Source: a virus (Duplodnaviria > Heunggongvirae > Uroviricota > Caudoviricetes). Taken from it: DNA of 7,624 nt. The stretch is from the IMG/VR virus record IMGVR_UViG_2671180828_000013. The stretch is one strand, 5' to 3'. Both the position numbers and the translations under genes were made by a program. The notes beneath the pieces were generated by a model, which was not told where the DNA came from, ran no database searches, and was given only the letters and a program-made list of their open reading frames with translations. This document shows positions 7,106 through 7,624 of the stretch, one piece after another; positions within the stretch are counted from its first letter, which is position 1, and every line of letters begins with the position of its first letter.

Positions 7106-7108
7106 TTA

Positions 7109-7624
7109 TTACTGTGGCTGCTCAGGCCATTTAATGGCGTTAAATTCAGCTTCTGTTTTAATGGCGGGTAGTTCCATTTTCTTCACCTGACTGATGTATG
7201 CCATCCATTGGGTAAGTGCTGCTCTGTCTTCATCGCTGATGGTGCCCAGTTGTAGCTCCGTTCTCCAGTCATTAATTTTTTCATATGCCTGATTAAGATA
7301 TGACTGGCGCATTGCTTCCAGTTTTCTTGCGTAGTTAACCGGAATACGGGAGATTATGCCATTATCAAACTTCCAGTTTCCTGAAATATCCGTGCCTTCA
7401 GGGAGTTCATCGACCTCAACCACAGAAAACCCCGCAGGATACAGCGCCGAGGCGTCCTGTGATATTGAGCAGATAACGCCGCTGTCAGGTGTTATGCAAA
7501 GTTTATATTTTTTGGTGAATAATGGCAGGGATTCGTAGAAATCCTTACCATCTTCACTCTGGAAATACTGAACATTATTACCATATGGCATATTTTCAGG
7601 ATAATAACGGGTTATATTTTTTAG
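7109..7624 (-). CDS. Tail fibre assembly protein (Mu U / U'-type chaperone), 5'-partial at the window edge
   Basis: Stop TAA at 7111-7109 (minus). C-terminus LGTISDEDRAALTQWMAYISQVKK ... KWPEQPQ is the classic tail fibre assembly motif, and YFQSEDGKDFYE ... GVICSI ... SGNWKFDNGI matches recalled Mu U features. The minus-strand frame stays open from the in-window ATG (7591-7589) to the window end (LKNITRYYPEN upstream), so the true start probably lies just beyond 7624. Confidence 0.8.
   Translation of the reverse strand, partial: LKNITRYYPENMPYGNNVQYFQSEDGKDFYESLPLFTKKYKLCITPDSGVICSISQDASALYPAGFSVVEVDELPEGTDISGNWKFDNGIISRIPVNYARKLEAMRQSYLNQAYEKINDWRTELQLGTISDEDRAALTQWMAYISQVKKMELPAIKTEAEFNAIKWPEQPQ

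Larger units (their letters stand above)
1..7624. mobile_element. Mu-like prophage, left (immunity) end through baseplate and tail fibre region; apparently internally deleted; element boundaries lie outside the window
   Basis: Gene content and order: divergent repressor / Ner-like pair, MuA-like N-terminal domain, then gp44-gp48-like baseplate genes, tail fibre with gix-like site and convergent tail fibre assembly gene. Tightly overlapping start/stop codons through the plus-strand operon. Assignment is from recalled family features only. Confidence 0.6.

Noticed and set aside
7356-7538. 60-aa plus-strand ORF near the right end
   Set aside because: Lies antisense within the tail fibre assembly gene, which has a strong conserved C-terminal motif; no independent support.
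1-7624. CRISPR arrays, tRNA/rRNA genes, or Mu-type terminal (att end) repeats within the window
   Set aside because: No regularly spaced direct repeats, no tRNA-like cloverleaf candidates and no obvious Mu-end-like repeats were seen. The left end of the element would lie beyond the repressor gene, outside the window.

Overview
The window reads as the left part of a Mu-like (transposable-phage-type) prophage that appears to be internally deleted. All homology calls are from reading the translations against remembered family features; no database search was run. At the left end a CI-type repressor gene (1-585, minus) sits divergent to a Ner-like regulator (753-1001, plus) across a 167-bp AT-rich switch region. 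Immediately downstream, a 472-aa ORF (1003-2421) begins with a MuA-transposase-like N-terminal DNA-binding domain but continues as a tail-protein-like sequence and overlaps the start of a complete baseplate gene chain (Mu gp44-gp48-like: hub, spike, gp25/GP46-like, baseplate J, gp48/YmfQ-like), followed by a tail fibre gene (6196-7077). The tail fibre gene contains a 26-bp gix-like invertase crossover site (6713-6738). It is followed by a hairpin terminator and a convergent tail fibre assembly gene (7109 to the window end, minus). The most interesting reading is a deletion-derived in-frame fusion that removed the transposase core, head and tail sheath/tube genes and left a baseplate and tail fibre module directly under the lysogeny switch. 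No rRNA, tRNA or CRISPR features are evident.
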